Assembly (NCBI GenBank): GCA_028826165.1 | Contig: JAPDFW010000101.1 | Span: 1-64,000 of the forward strand | From: Anaeramoeba ignava BMAN | Taxonomy: Eukaryota; Protista; Anaeramoebae | Reading direction: 5' to 3' | DNA: 64,000 nucleotides | Shown here: positions 15,601-35,734 of the stretch, piece after piece | Numbering within the stretch: position 1 is the stretch's first letter | Layout: each line of letters starts with the position of its first letter | Position numbers and translations under genes: made by a program | The notes under the pieces: generated by a model | Database searches by the model: none | Told to the model about the DNA's origin: nothing | Seen by the model: the letters and a program-made list of their open reading frames with translations, nothing else

Positions 15601-17146
15601 ATTTTATTTTGGGAAAAAACAATCAAATGAAATAGTTGATGATGTTACTCTTCCGCCTTGGTCACATAAAGATGCTTATGAATTTGTGAGAATTAATAGA
15701 CAAGCATTGGAATCTGATTATGTTTCTGAGCATTTGAATGAATGGATTGATTTGATATTTGGATATAAACAAAGAGGCAAGCGAGCTGTTCAAGCTCTGA
15801 ATGTTTTTTATTATTTAACTTATACAGGAGCTGTTAATATCAATAAGATTAAAGATCGAGCTGAATTGGAATCAATATTATCACAAATCAATAATTTTGG
15901 ACAAACACCACAGCAGCTTTTTAAGAAGGCTCATCCCAAGAAACAGAAGAAATTTTTCACATTATCAACTGAATATTCTGATGATTTTAATCTTGGAATT
16001 TTTTCTTATCCAAATTATTTGAAATTTAGTGTTGTTAAAGAATTAAATGAGCCTATTGGAGATATTTTCTCATTTGGAGATAAAACCTTTTCTGTTGGGA
16101 ATTATAAGAATATATTGCTTGCTCCAAATGGTGTTGTGAGCAAGTATTTATCATGGAAAAATATTGATTTTTCGATAAGAATTTATTCTCTTGATGGAGA
16201 TAAAATATTATCATCGCAAGAAGGACTTCATTTTGAATCAGAAATTACATGTTTGTTTGTTTCATCTTGTGGAGAATATATGGCAACAGGAGGCAAGGAT
16301 TATGTTGTGAATTTGTGGAGAATTGAAAGCAAGAAATCTGAGAAAAAAACACAAGATTTTAATTTATTAGAAAGATTTTATGGACATTTAAACAAAATCA
16401 CTTGTTTATTTATTTCGAGAAATTTTGGGATTATTATTTCAGGATCAAAAGATCAAACTTGTATTATTTGGGATTTAAACAAACTTCGTTTTATTCGGCA
16501 ATTTGTAGGATTTCAAGATGAAATATCAGGATTGAGTATGAATAATTTAAGTGGAGAAATTATAGTTTGTTCAGGAAATGAAATTCGAATTTTGACAATT
16601 AATGGATATGAATTAGTTTCTAAAATATTTACAAATGAACCAGTATTAGAAAAGATTAGTTCTGTTACAATGACACGATTTTCTGAATGGAATAATAATC
16701 ATTTATATATAACAGGGCATGAAAATGGGAAAATATGTTTTTGGCAGATTGAGCATTTAAGAACAAAAGAAGATATAAAAGAAAATATAAAAATTAGAGA
16801 ATTAAAATTGATTTGGCAAACAACTCAATCTCTAAGTTCTGTTACTAAATTATTTGTTTCTAATGATAATTCAAAGTTTTTTTCAGGTCATTTTGATGGA
16901 AAAGTTTTATGTTGGTCTTTACCTGAAGAAGGAATTAGAACTCATTGGATTAAAGATAAAGAAGTTAATTCTTGTCAAGTTTGCAATAAGATATTTAGTG
17001 TGAAAATGAGAAAACATCATTGTAGAAAATGTGGAAGAGTTGTTTGTAAAGAATGTACTCAAAATAAGATCCAAATAATAGATTTACATTTTTTTAAACC
17101 AACAAGAGTTTGCAATGATTGTTATAATCAATTAAAAAATAACTAA
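6666..17146 (+). CDS. BEACH-domain protein, WDFY3/ALFY/LvsA-like (ConA-like, PH-BEACH, WD40, FYVE); multi-exon
   Basis: WPPSSSYSLSFWI ConA-like segment; BEACH motifs [58 protein letters not shown]; WD40 repeats; FYVE WIKD...RKHHCRKCG...RVC. Introns ~6953-7315, ~7630-7705, ~8472-8533, ~10224-10292. Confidence 0.92.
6966..7310. repeat. Intronic 12-bp repeat (AAAATTATTTAT)n
   Basis: Fills BEACH intron 1. Confidence 0.9.
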
Positions 17147-17199
17147 TAATTGATCAATTAAATTAAATTAATTTAAATTATTATTTTCAATTTTATTAT

Positions 17200-19050
17200 T
17201 TTATTATATTTTTCTATTTAATTAATAAATAAATTAATATTTTATTCCACATTTTTATTTATTAAATTATTAAATATTTTATTCCATTTTTATTTATTTG
17301 ATTATTAAATATTTTATTCTATTTTTTTATTTATTTAATTATTAAATATTTTATTCCACTTTTTTATTTATTTAATTATTAAATTTATTTTATTCTATTT
17401 TTTTTTTTTTAATTTTTAAATATTTTTTATTTTTTATTCTATTTTTATTTATTTGATTATTAAATAATTATTTTTATTTATTTGATTATTAAATATTTTA
17501 TTCATTTTTTTTTTTTTATTTATTTATTAATTAAATATTTTATTCTATTTTTATTTATTTATTATTTTTTTTTATTTTTATTTATTTATATTAAATTATT
17601 TAAATATTTTTATTTCCATTTTTATTTATTTGATTTTTATTTTATTTAATTTTTTTAAATATTTTTATTATTTTTATTTTTAAATTATTAAATTTTATTT
17701 TTATTATTTATTTTTATTTATTAAATTATTAAATATTTTATTCCATTTTTATTTTTATTTAATTATTAAAATATTTTATTCCATTTTTTATTTATTTGAA
17801 TTATTAAATATTTTATTTATTTAATTATTAAATATTTTTATTCCATTTTTTTATTTATTTTTTAATTTACTTTTTTTTATTTTTATTTTTTTTATTCTAT
17901 TTTTATTTAATTATTAAATATTTTATTCCACATTTTTTATTTATTTAAATTATTAAATATTTTATTCTTTATTTTTTTTATTTATTTAATTAAATATTTT
18001 ATTCCTTATTTTTTTTTATTTATTAAATTATTAAATATTTTATTCTATTTTTATTTATTTAAATTATTAAATTTTTACATTTTTATTTATTTGATTATTA
18101 AATATTTTATTCCATTTTTTATTTATTTTATTAAATTAAATATTTTAATTTTTATTTATTAAATTATTAAAATATTTTATTCTTATTTTTTATTTATTAA
18201 ATTTTTATTAAATATTTTTATTCATTTTTTATTTATTTTGATTATTAAAATTTATTTTTATTTTATTTTTTATTTTTTGATTATTAAATATATTTTTATT
18301 TTTTATTCTATTTTTATTTTTAAATTATTAAATATTTTATTCATTTTTATTTATTTGATTATTAAATATTTTATTCCATTTTTTTTTATTAAATTATTAA
18401 ATATTTTATTTTTTGATTATTAAATTTTGTTTTATTATTTATTTTATTTAATTATTATTTATTTTATTTTTTTTATTTATTTGATTATTAAATATTTTAT
18501 TCCATTTTTATTTTTATTTGATTATTAAATATTTTTTATTTATTATTAAATATTTTTTCTTCTTTTTTTTATTTATTAAATTATTAAATATTTTATTCTT
18601 GTTTTATTTATTTAATTATTAAATATTTTATTCCTATTTTTATTTATTTTATTTTTGATTATTAAATATTTTATTCTATTTTTATTTATTTGATTATTAA
18701 ATATTTTAATTTTTTTATTTTATTCTATTTTTATTTATTTGATTATTAAATATTTTAATTTTTTTATTTTATTATTTTTTTTTATTTATTTTTATTTATT
18801 TGATTATTAAATATTTTATTCCATTTTTATTTATTTAATTATTAAATATTTTAAATATTTTTATTCTATTTTTTATTTTATTTTATTAAATTATTAAATA
18901 TTTTATTCTATTTTTATTTTTTATTCTATTTTTATTTATTTGATTATTAAATATTTTATTCCATTTTTATTTATTTAATTATTAAATATTTTATTCCATT
19001 TTTTATTTATTTGATTATTAAATATTTTATTCTTGTTTTATTTATTAAAT
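17200..19050. repeat. Degenerate ~30-bp AT-rich satellite (core ATTATTAAATATTTTATTCYATTTTTATTTATT)
   Basis: The unit recurs throughout and is noisier in the middle. Confidence 0.8.
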
Positions 19051-19298
19051 TAAAAAGAAAGGAGAAAAAAAATTAATAAAGAAGAAGAAAAGAAAATCGA
19101 TTTTTTTAATTTAAAATTTTGTTTTTGATCTATTCAAAAAAAGCCAAAAAAAAAACAACAAAACAAATGACTCATCAAAAAAAATAGAAAATAAACAAAA
19201 GAAAATTTAAAAAAAAATTTTTTTTTTCATTTTTCATTTTCCATTTTTTTTTATTAATTTAATAAATTTAATTTAATTTAATTAAAAAAAAAATAAAA

Positions 19299-25767
<6,469 letters not shown>

Positions 25768-25980
25768 TTCTTTCTTTCTTTTCAAATTCTTTTTTAATTC
25801 ATTTTAATTCATTCATTTATCTTTCTTTCTTTCTTTTTTCTTTTTTTTTTCTTTCAAGGAAATCGATTCTAAATAACTCCATCACAAAAGGATAAAGTAA
25901 TCAACAAAAACAAAAACAACAAATTAATTTTTGATTTTCATTTTTAGTTAAAAAAATCAATTTAAGAAAATTCAATTATT

Positions 25981-28794
25981 TTAATTTGAATTTTGATTTG
26001 AATTTGAATTTTGATTTGAATTTTGATTTGAATTTTCATTTAAATTTTCATTTGAATTTTCATTTGAATTTTGATTTGTATTTTGATTTGTATTTTCATT
26101 TAAATTTTGATTTGAATTTTGATTTGAATTTTGATTTGAATTTTCATTTGAATTTTCATTTGAATTTTGATTTGTATTTTCATTTGAATTTTCATTTGAA
26201 TTTTGATTTAAATTTTGATTTGAATTTTGATTTGAATTTTGATTTAAATTTTGATTTGAATTTTCATTTGAATTTTCATTTGAATTTTGATTTGTATTTT
26301 CATTTGAATTTTCATTTGAATTTTGATTTGTATTTTCATTTGAATTTTCATTTGAATTTTCATTTGAATTTGCTTCAGATGTTTTCTTTTTTTTTTCTGC
26401 TTCCATTTGTTGTCTTTTCTTTCTATATTCAATTCTTGATTGTTTCAAATTTTCAAGTTCCTTTTCAACAATAGGTTTAAAATAAACTCTCAATTTATTA
26501 ACTTCTCTTCTTGAGAACATTTTAATTTGAAAAGCAGTTGTTAACAATTTATCAGGATCAAAAGCCAATTCTGGAAATTTTTTAATAGCCATAAATAATT
26601 TTCCATGATCTTTAAGAGAAAAAAGTGTATCTTTATTAATCTTGAATAAAGCTAAAGCAATTCTAAAAAGCATTTTATTTCCTTCAAAAAGAAAAGCATC
26701 CCAAATTCTTAAAGTAGTTTCAGTTGGAGTGCAAGTTAAATAAATACAAAGAAACCATTGTTGAGTAATTAATTCCAAAGAGATTGATTTTGAAATTATA
26801 TATTTCCCTATTTTATTTAATCTTTTGAGTAGCAATTTTTGAAGCACTCGCAAATCAATATGTGATGCTACCATATCTTGTGAATAATAATCTCTTGGCA
26901 TTTTATCTTCTATAATTGCCACTAACATCCAAAATGTATCTTCTTCATTCATATATAATAATAATAATCCTGCAATAAAATTCATTGATTGACAATATCC
27001 GATTTTGTCATTTCGCCAACTGTAAGCTACAAGAACATTCCGTAATTTTTCAAGATTTTCTGGTTTTTGGAAAAAGACATGATCTGGAAATGTTCGATGT
27101 AAATCCTTATTTAAATATAAATATTTAAAATATAAATATTTAAATAAATATAAATATTTAAAATATAAATATTTAAATAAATATAAATATTTAAAATATA
27201 AATATAAATAAATATAAATATTTAAAATATAAATATTATAAATATTTAAAATATAAATATAAATATAAATATAAATATAAATATAAATATTTAAAATATA
27301 AATATAAATATTTAAATAAATATAAATATTTAAAATATAAATATAAATATTTAAAATATAAATATAAATATTTAAAATATAAATATTTAAAATATAAATA
27401 TAATAAATATAAATATAATTATACATTTTCAATTTGTTTAGTTGAACGAGAAGTTTGGCCTTGATATCTATTTGATAATTCTTGATAATAATTAGGATTA
27501 GCCTCTTTCATTTCTTTTGAACCTGAAAGAATTTGCCAAACACTTCCTCTTAAATCATTAGGAATACCTTTTCGAGCAAGTTTTTTTAATTGTGGACTTT
27601 TTCTTACAATAGCAGGAACTCCTCCTTGCTTTTCTATAAAAGCTTTCCATTTCATAATTGCTATTTTCTTGTTTTTCATAGTTGATGCTCGTAGAATTTC
27701 TTCTTGTTCTTTTGTATAATGTACTGGAAATCCATATTCATCTTTATGAATTGGTATCTCTTCGATTGGATCATTTCTTTTAATAAATTTAATTGTAAAT
27801 ATAAATGTAAATATAAATATAAATATAAATATAAATATAAATATAAATATAAATATAAATATAAATATAAATATAAATATAAATATAAATATAAATATAA
27901 ATATAAATATAAATATAAATATAAATATAAATATAAATATAAATATAATTATAAATATAAATATAATTATAAATATAAATATAAATATAAATATAAATAT
28001 AAATATAAATATAAATATAAATATAAATATAAATATAAATATAAATATAAATATAAATATAAATATAAATATAAAATATAAATATAAAATAAAAAAATAA
28101 ATATAAATATAAATATATAAATAAATATAAACATAAAAACATAAATATAAATATAAATATAAATATAAATATAAATAAACATAAAATATAAATATAAAAT
28201 ATAAAATAAATATAAAATATAAATATAAATATAAACATAAATATAAAATATAAATATAAATATAAATATAAATATAAATATAAAATAAACATAAACATAA
28301 ACATAAAAATATAAACATAAAACATAAAAATATAACATAAACAAAAACATAAATAAAAAAAAAATAAACATAAATATATAAAAAAAAATATAAACATAAA
28401 TATAAAATATAAATATAAATATAAATATAAATATAAATATAAATATAAATATAAATATAAAAATATAAATATAAATATAAATATAAATATAAATATAAAT
28501 ATAAATATAAATATAAATATAAATATAATAATAAATATAAATATAAATATAAATACAAATATAAATATAAATATAATTATAAATATAAATATAAATATAA
28601 ATATAAATATAAATATAAATATAAATATAAATATAAATATAATTATAAATATAATTATAATAATAAATATAAATATAATTTTCATCTGGAATAACATTTT
28701 TAAGTTTTGAAACTCCAGTTAAATTGATTAATTTTCAAATAAATTTTGCTTTTTTAAAAAAATTTTTTTTTTACGATCGTATTTTTTTCATCAT
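25981..28794 (-). CDS. TBC-domain Rab GTPase-activating protein with NSNE/NSNQ tail; first exon uncertain
   Basis: [29 protein letters not shown]|[32 protein letters not shown]. Introns filled with TTTATA repeats. A possible short first exon MMKKIRS at 28794 followed by GT is tentative. Confidence 0.85.
27795..28680. repeat. (AAATAT)n microsatellite, probably within TBC intron 1
   Basis: Directly visible. Confidence 0.9.
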
Positions 28795-28955
28795 CTAAGT
28801 TAAAATTGTAAATTAAAATTGTAAATTAAAATTTAAATATAAAAAAATTAAAGTGCAAAACAAAAGGAAAGAAAAAAGAAAAAAATGAAAAAAATGAAAA
28901 ATTATTTTTTCCATTTTTGTTTTTGTTTTTTTGTTTTGCTTTTTCAAATAAAAAG

Positions 28956-29495
28956 ATGGATTTAAATCAAAATATTAAACAATTAAAAAAAATCAAAAAG
29001 AATTTTATCCAAAATAATCTTTCAAATCAAAATAATTTACTTGATACTTCAGAAAAATTATTATTTACAGAAAATTTGGCAGAAATGAATTTACAAATTT
29101 TATTAACAATTGAAAAATTACTTCAAAAACTCTCAAAAAATAAAAAAAAATCACTTTTAATTAAAGAAACTAAGCTTAATTTTTTGAATCAGGGAAATAA
29201 TTCCAAACAAGTTCAATTAGCCAATAATGGTTTATGGAAAAAAATTCAACAAATAAATCAAATAATTCTTTCTCAATTTGATGATAAAAAAAATGATCAA
29301 TTTCTTCTCAATAAAACACTTGGATTCGAAAATAAACTTCTAAAACACGAGATTGTTCAAAATCAAGAAGATTCTATTGAAAATCCAATTCATTTTCATT
29401 ACCAAGAATTGTTATCTGGTGAAAATATTTTTGACAATCAAAAATCAATTCAAATTCAAATTAAAAATTTTCAATTAAAAAAAAATAACAATTAA
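28956..29495 (+). CDS. Hypothetical ~179-aa helical protein
   Basis: Non-repetitive ORF from ATG 28956 (MDLNQNIKQL), preceded by a CCATTTT tract; no recognised domain. Confidence 0.5.
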   Translation: MDLNQNIKQLKKIKKNFIQNNLSNQNNLLDTSEKLLFTENLAEMNLQILLTIEKLLQKLSKNKKKSLLIKETKLNFLNQGNNSKQVQLANNGLWKKIQQINQIILSQFDDKKNDQFLLNKTLGFENKLLKHEIVQNQEDSIENPIHFHYQELLSGENIFDNQKSIQIQIKNFQLKKNNN

Positions 29496-29960
29496 AAAAC
29501 AATTATTATTGCTTTTATATTTAGATTTATATTTAGATTTAGATTTAGAAAAAAATTTAAATTAAAATTTTAACGATTATTGATTAATTTTTAAATAAAT
29601 TATTTTGAAAGATTTTTTTTTTAATTAAAAAATAAATAAAAGGAGAAAAATTAAAAAAAAATTTTTTTTCTCTTTTTTTTATTATTTTTTTATTTTTTTT
29701 TTCATTTTTTTTTTTCATTTTTTTTTATTGATCTTTTTTAATTTTTATATTAAAAAGAGAACAATTTTTCCAAATACAAAATCAAAAGGGAAAATTATTT
29801 AAACTTTAACTTTTTAAACAAATAAATTAAACAAATTAAACCCAAACCAAACCGAAAAAAAAAGCAAATTAAAAACCCATTTATATTCAAACCAAAAAAA
29901 AAATAATTGTGAATAAAAATACAAACAAAATAAAAATAAAAAAAACAAAATTATTTTTAA

Positions 29961-32900
29961 ATGGAAGATATTAAAGATCGAATAACTGAAGCAAAAGCAA
30001 GAATTAAAGAATTAAAAGAATCAATTCGACAAAAAAGTCAAGAATTAAACGATACAACTTGTAATTGAATTTAAAATTAAAATCAAAATTAAAATTAAAA
30101 TCAAAATTAAAATCAAAATTAAAATCAAAATTAAAATCAAAATCAAAATTAAAATTAAAATCAAAATCAAAATTAAAATTAAAATTAAAAATTAAAATTA
30201 AAATCAAAATTAAAATCAAAATTTAAAATTAAAATAAATCAAAATCAAAAATTAAAAAATTCAAAATCAAAATTAAAATTAATAAAATCAAAATCAAAAT
30301 CAAAATCAAAATTAAAATTAAAATTAAAATCAAAATCAAAATCAAAATTAAAATCAAAATTAAAATTAAAATAAAAATTAAAATCAAAATCAAAATTAAA
30401 ATCAAAATTAAAATCAAAATCAATTTCAAAATCAAAATTAAAATTAAAATCAAAATTAAAATTAAAATTTAAAATTAAAATTAAAAATCAAAATCAAAAT
30501 TAAAAATCAAAATCAAAATTAAAATTAAAATCAATTTCAAAAATCAAAATCAAAATCAAAATCAAAATCAAAATCAAAATTAAAATCAAAATTTCAAAAT
30601 CAAAATCAAAATCAAAATTAAAATCAAAATTAAAATCAAAATCAAAATCAAAATCAAAATTAAAATTAAAATTAAAATTTAAATTAAAATCTAAATCAAA
30701 AATCAAAATCAAAATCAAAATTAATATTAAAATCAAAATCAAAATTAAAATTAAAATTAAAATTAAAATTAAAATCAAAATCAAAATTAAAATTAAAATT
30801 TAAATTTAAAATTAAAATTAAAATTAAAATTTAAAATTAAAATCTAAATCAAAAATCAAAATCAAAATTAAAATTAAAATTAAAATTTAAAATTAAAATC
30901 TAAATCAAAAATCAAAATCAAAATCAAAATTAAAATTAAAATCAAAATCAAAATCAAAATTAAAATCGAATTTTCTCTTTTTTTTTTCTCTTAATGACAT
31001 TGATATAAATTGATTTAAACAGTAATTCATGCAGCTGCTAATGTCAAAGAATTTGACCCATCAATACTTGGAGTTCGTAGAGAATTAAAAGGTCATTTAG
31101 CAAAAATTTATGCAATGCATTGGTCAGAAGATAATACTCATCTTGTTTCTGCAGGCCAAGATGGAAGATTATTTGTTTGGAATGCATATACAAATAATAA
31201 AGTAAAAAATTCGTTAAAATTCAATTTAATTTTATTTTTCCTTTTTTTTAATTTTAATTTTAATTTAATTTATTATTTTTATTTTAGATTCATGTAATCG
31301 CTTTAAGATCTCATTGGGTAATGGGATGTGGTTATTCTCCTTCTGGAAATTTGATTGCCTCAGGTGGTTTAGATAATTTATGTACTATTTATAATGTTCG
31401 TTCAGAAGATCCCCAATTAAAGTATAAAATATTTTTTTTTTCTTCTTTTTTTATTTTATAAAATAAAAAAAATTTTTTTTTGTGGAATTTTTTTATTATA
31501 AAATCAAAATCAAAATTAAAATTCCATTCAAAAATCGATTTAAAATTAAAATTAAAATTAAAATTAAAATCAAAATTAAAATTCAAATTAAAATTAAAAT
31601 TAAAATTAAAATTAAAATTAAAATTAAAATTAAAATTAAAATTAAAATTAAAATTAAAATTAAAATTAAAATTAAAATTAAAATTAAAATTCATTTATAA
31701 AATTAAAATTAAAATTAAAATTAAAATTAAAATTAAAATTAAAATTTGAAATTAAAATCAAAATTATAGACCTTTATGCGAACTTTCAGCTCATACAGGA
31801 TATGTTTCTTCTTGTAGATTTTTAAATGATAATCAAATTTTAACCTCTTCAGGAGATATGAGTTGTATTCTTTGGGATATTGAAACATCAACAAAAATTA
31901 CAGAATTTGCAGATCATAATGGGGATGTTATGAGGTTAATTATTAAAATTAAAATTAAAATTTAAATTTAATATTAAAATTAAAATTCATTTATAATTAA
32001 AAATAAAATTAAAAATTAAATAGTATTTCTCTTCAAAAAGACAACAATATGTTTGTTTCTGGAGGAGCAGAAGGAGTTGCTAAATTATGGGATATTAAAT
32101 CAGGAAATTCAGTGGCAACTTTTGAAGGTCATCAAGCAGATATTAATTCAGTGAAGTAAACAAATTTATTTCAAAATTATTTCAAAATTTATTTCAAAAA
32201 TTATTTAAAAATTTATTTCAAAAATTATTTCAAAATTTATTTCAAAATTTATTTATAAAATTTATTTCAAAATTATTTATAAAATTTATTTATAAAATTA
32301 TTTATAAAATTTATTTATAAAATTATTTAAAAAATTTATTTAAAAATTTATTTAAAATTTATTTATAAAATTTATTTCAAAATTATTTATAAATTTATTT
32401 ATAAAATTCATTTCAAAATTTATTTCAAAATTTATTTAAAAATTGGTTTCAAAAATTTATTTCAAAATTTATTTCAAAAATTATTTCAAAATTTATTTCA
32501 AAATTTATTTAAAAATTATTTATAAATTTATTTCAAAATTGATTTATAAAATTGATTTCAAAATTATTTAAAATTTATTTAAAAATTTATTTATAAAATT
32601 TATTTATAAATTTATTTATAAAATTATTTATAAAATTATTTAAAAATTTATTTATAAAATTATTTATAAAATTATTTATAAAATTATTTATAAAATTATT
32701 TAAAAATTTATTTCAAAATTTATTTATAAAATTTATTTATAAAATTTATTTAAAAATTTATTTATAAAATTATTTATAAAATTATTTATAAATTATTTCA
32801 AAAATTATTTCAAATTTATTTAAAAATTATTTATAAAATTTATTTAAAAATTTATTTATAAAATTATTTCAAAATTTATTTCAAAATTTATTTCAAAATT

Positions 32901-33552
32901 TATTTAAAATTATTTATAAATTGATTTCAAAATTATTTATAAAATTATTTATAAAATTATTTATAAAATTATTTATAAAATTATTTATAAAATTATTTAT
33001 AAAATTATTTATAAAATTATTTAAAAATTTATTTATAAATTGATTTCAAAATTATTTAAAAATTTATTTATAAAATTATTTAAAAATTTATTTATAAAAT
33101 TATTTATAAAATTTATTTAAAAAATTTATTTATAAATTTATTTATAAATTTATTCAGGTTTTTCCCTGATGGTCAAGCTTTTGCAACAGGAAGTGATGAT
33201 GCAACTTGCAGAATATTTGATATAAGATCAGGAAGAGAATTAATTCAATTAACTAATGATGATATTCTTTGTGGAATTGGAGCAGTTGATTTTTCTTTAT
33301 CAGGAAGAATACTTTTTGGTGGTTATGATAATAATCATTGTTATGGATGGGATACACTTAAAGGTCATCAAGTTTTTGATTTGAAAAGTCATACAGAAAA
33401 GGTTTCTTGTCTTGGTGTTTCGAAAGATGGTTTTGCTTTATGCACAGGTTCTTGGGATAGAGAATTAAAAGTAATTTTTTTAAATTTTTTAAATTAATTT
33501 CTTAATTTTTAATTTCTTAATTTTTGCTTGTTCAATTTAGATTTGGGCTTGA
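29961..33552 (+). CDS. GNB: Heterotrimeric G-protein beta subunit (6 introns)
   Basis: Coiled-coil exon 29961-30060, then [87 protein letters not shown], final IWA*. Confidence 0.93.
30070..30968. repeat. Intronic (AAAATC/AAAATT)n microsatellite
   Basis: Fills G-beta intron 1. Confidence 0.92.
32162..33152. repeat. Intronic 12-13-bp repeat (AAAATT(T)ATTTAT / ATTTC variants)
   Basis: Fills a G-beta intron; same core as BEACH intron 1. Confidence 0.9.
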
Positions 33553-33832
33553 AAAAAAGTTCTCATTTTTGTTTTCTCTTTTCTTAAAAATTTTGAATTT
33601 AATTCTTTTCCAAAACAAAATTTTTTTTAATTAATTAATCAATTCATTTTTCATTTTTTTCATTTTTCATTTTTCATTTTTCATTTTTCATTTTTTCAAA
33701 GATTCGGTCCAAACATAAAGTGTAGTTTTTTTTTTATAATATTTTTTTCCTTTTGCTTCAAAAAAAAAAACTAAATCTTGCTTTTTTTATTAAAAAAAAA
33801 GTTTCCAAAAAAAAAATAAAAAATAAAACAAA

Positions 33833-35662
33833 ATGAATGAAATTTTATTTTTTGGTTATAATCAAAATCCAAAACTTATCAAAAATAAACCAAATGAAAT
33901 AACAAAACCAGTTCAATTTAAATTTGAAAATGAAAATGAAAATGAAAATGAAAATGAAAATGAAAAACAAATTAAACAAATTTCAACAGGTTTCTTTTCA
34001 ACAATTTTCCTTTTTAAAAATGGAAAAGCAATAGAATATTTAAATAAAAATGATTCAAATCAAAATCCTCAAAAAATTCAAATTGAAAATATTCAAAAAG
34101 TAACTGTTGGTTTTCAAAATGAAGCTATTTTAACAAAAGAAGGAAATGGATTTGCCAAAGGAAAATATATTAATCCAAAAAATCCAAATAAATTTATCAA
34201 TATTTCATCATTAATTGAAGATATAAATGATAGAATAATTCAAGATATTGTTTCTGGTGCTAATTCAATTTACTTATTAACTTCAAATCAAAATGCTTAT
34301 GGTATTGGTTCAAATCAATATTGTCAACTTGGTTTTGATTCTATAACATTCAGAAAAACAGAAAAACTAATTTTAATGATGAAAAATGTTTCTAAAATAT
34401 TTTCAGGAATTTCTTCTCAATCATTTTTTCTTTTAAATTCAAATCAAGAATTATTTGGATCAGGAAATAATTTCTATGGTCAACTTGGATTAGGAAAATC
34501 AAGAAAAGAAACAAAAATCCAAAAATTAACTAAAATCCAAAATATTCCAAAAGGCAAAATAATTGATATTCAATGTGAAAATTCTTTTTCAATAATGTTG
34601 ATTGAAAATGAAAATGAAAATGAAAATCCAAAAAGAAAACTTTATTCATGTGGATATTGGGAATATAATGGACTCGACAAATATCAAGATACAAATGAAT
34701 TTACTGAAATCAAATCATCTTTATTTGAAAATGATGATAATATTATTGATTTTTCTTGTGGATTTAATCATACTTTGATTTTAACTTCCAATTCAAAATT
34801 AATAGGTTTTGGTCGTAACTTATTTGGTAAATTAGGAATTGAAGATACAAATAATCAATATATTCCAATTCAAATTGAACTTCCTAAATTAAGATTTAAT
34901 GAAGATGTTTCTAATTATCATATTTTTTGTGGTTATGATAATTCATTTCTTTATTATTCTCCTTCTTTTTCCAATCTTGAAGAAGATTTGATAAAATTAT
35001 TTGAAAGAAAAGAATTTTGTGATATTTCATTTAAAACCAAAAACGGAGAAATAATTGAATCTCATAAATTAATATTGAAATATAGATTAAATCAAAATGA
35101 AAATCAAAATCAAATTGAAAAACTTAAAGAAATTATTTCAAATAAATCAATTAAAGAATCAAATCAAATATTTGAAATGATTTATTCAAACAGAATAATA
35201 AATCCAATATTATATTCCGAAATTAAAGAAATTATAAATTCAAATGAAAAAATTGAAGAAACAATGAAAAGAATTTATTTAAATGAAAATGAAAAAGAAA
35301 ATGATAAAGATTTTATTATTGAAAAAAAAGAAAAACAATATAAATTCCCTAAATTAATATTAATAATGAGAAGTGAATTATATCGAGGAATGTTTTTATC
35401 TGTTACAGAAGATAAATCTAATAAAGTTACAGATTATAGTGAATTAAGTAATAAATCATTTCAAATATTTGAATATTGGATTTATTCAAATCAAATTAAA
35501 GAAGGAATTGAAATTACAAAAGAAATTATTGATGAAATTCAAATTGGAATTGATTATTTTCAATTAAATCAAACAAATCCAAATTTATTTGATTTATTAA
35601 TTAAAAAATTTAATAATCAAAATCAAAATCAAAATCTAAAATTAAAATTAAAATTAATTTGA
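33833..35662 (+). CDS. RCC1-like repeat + BTB protein, intronless
   Basis: GSNQYCQLG, GNNFYGQLGLG, SCGFNHTLIL, GRNLFGKLG; FCDISF...HKLILKYR; KDFII...KLILIMRSELYRGMF. Confidence 0.9.
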   Translation: MNEILFFGYNQNPKLIKNKPNEITKPVQFKFENENENENENENEKQIKQISTGFFSTIFLFKNGKAIEYLNKNDSNQNPQKIQIENIQKVTVGFQNEAILTKEGNGFAKGKYINPKNPNKFINISSLIEDINDRIIQDIVSGANSIYLLTSNQNAYGIGSNQYCQLGFDSITFRKTEKLILMMKNVSKIFSGISSQSFFLLNSNQELFGSGNNFYGQLGLGKSRKETKIQKLTKIQNIPKGKIIDIQCENSFSIMLIENENENENPKRKLYSCGYWEYNGLDKYQDTNEFTEIKSSLFENDDNIIDFSCGFNHTLILTSNSKLIGFGRNLFGKLGIEDTNNQYIPIQIELPKLRFNEDVSNYHIFCGYDNSFLYYSPSFSNLEEDLIKLFERKEFCDISFKTKNGEIIESHKLILKYRLNQNENQNQIEKLKEIISNKSIKESNQIFEMIYSNRIINPILYSEIKEIINSNEKIEETMKRIYLNENEKENDKDFIIEKKEKQYKFPKLILIMRSELYRGMFLSVTEDKSNKVTDYSELSNKSFQIFEYWIYSNQIKEGIEITKEIIDEIQIGIDYFQLNQTNPNLFDLLIKKFNNQNQNQNLKLKLKLI

Positions 35663-35734
35663 TTTGATTTTGGTTTTCATTTTTTGAATTTGGAAAAGAA
35701 AAGAAAGAAGAAAAATAAAGAAAAATTTCTTTTC

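Noticed and set aside
27419-28697. YI/YL/IF-rich long ORFs, also at 49602-51171 and 30004-31749
   Set aside because: Stop-free frames of intronic microsatellites; only the embedded TBC exons are real.
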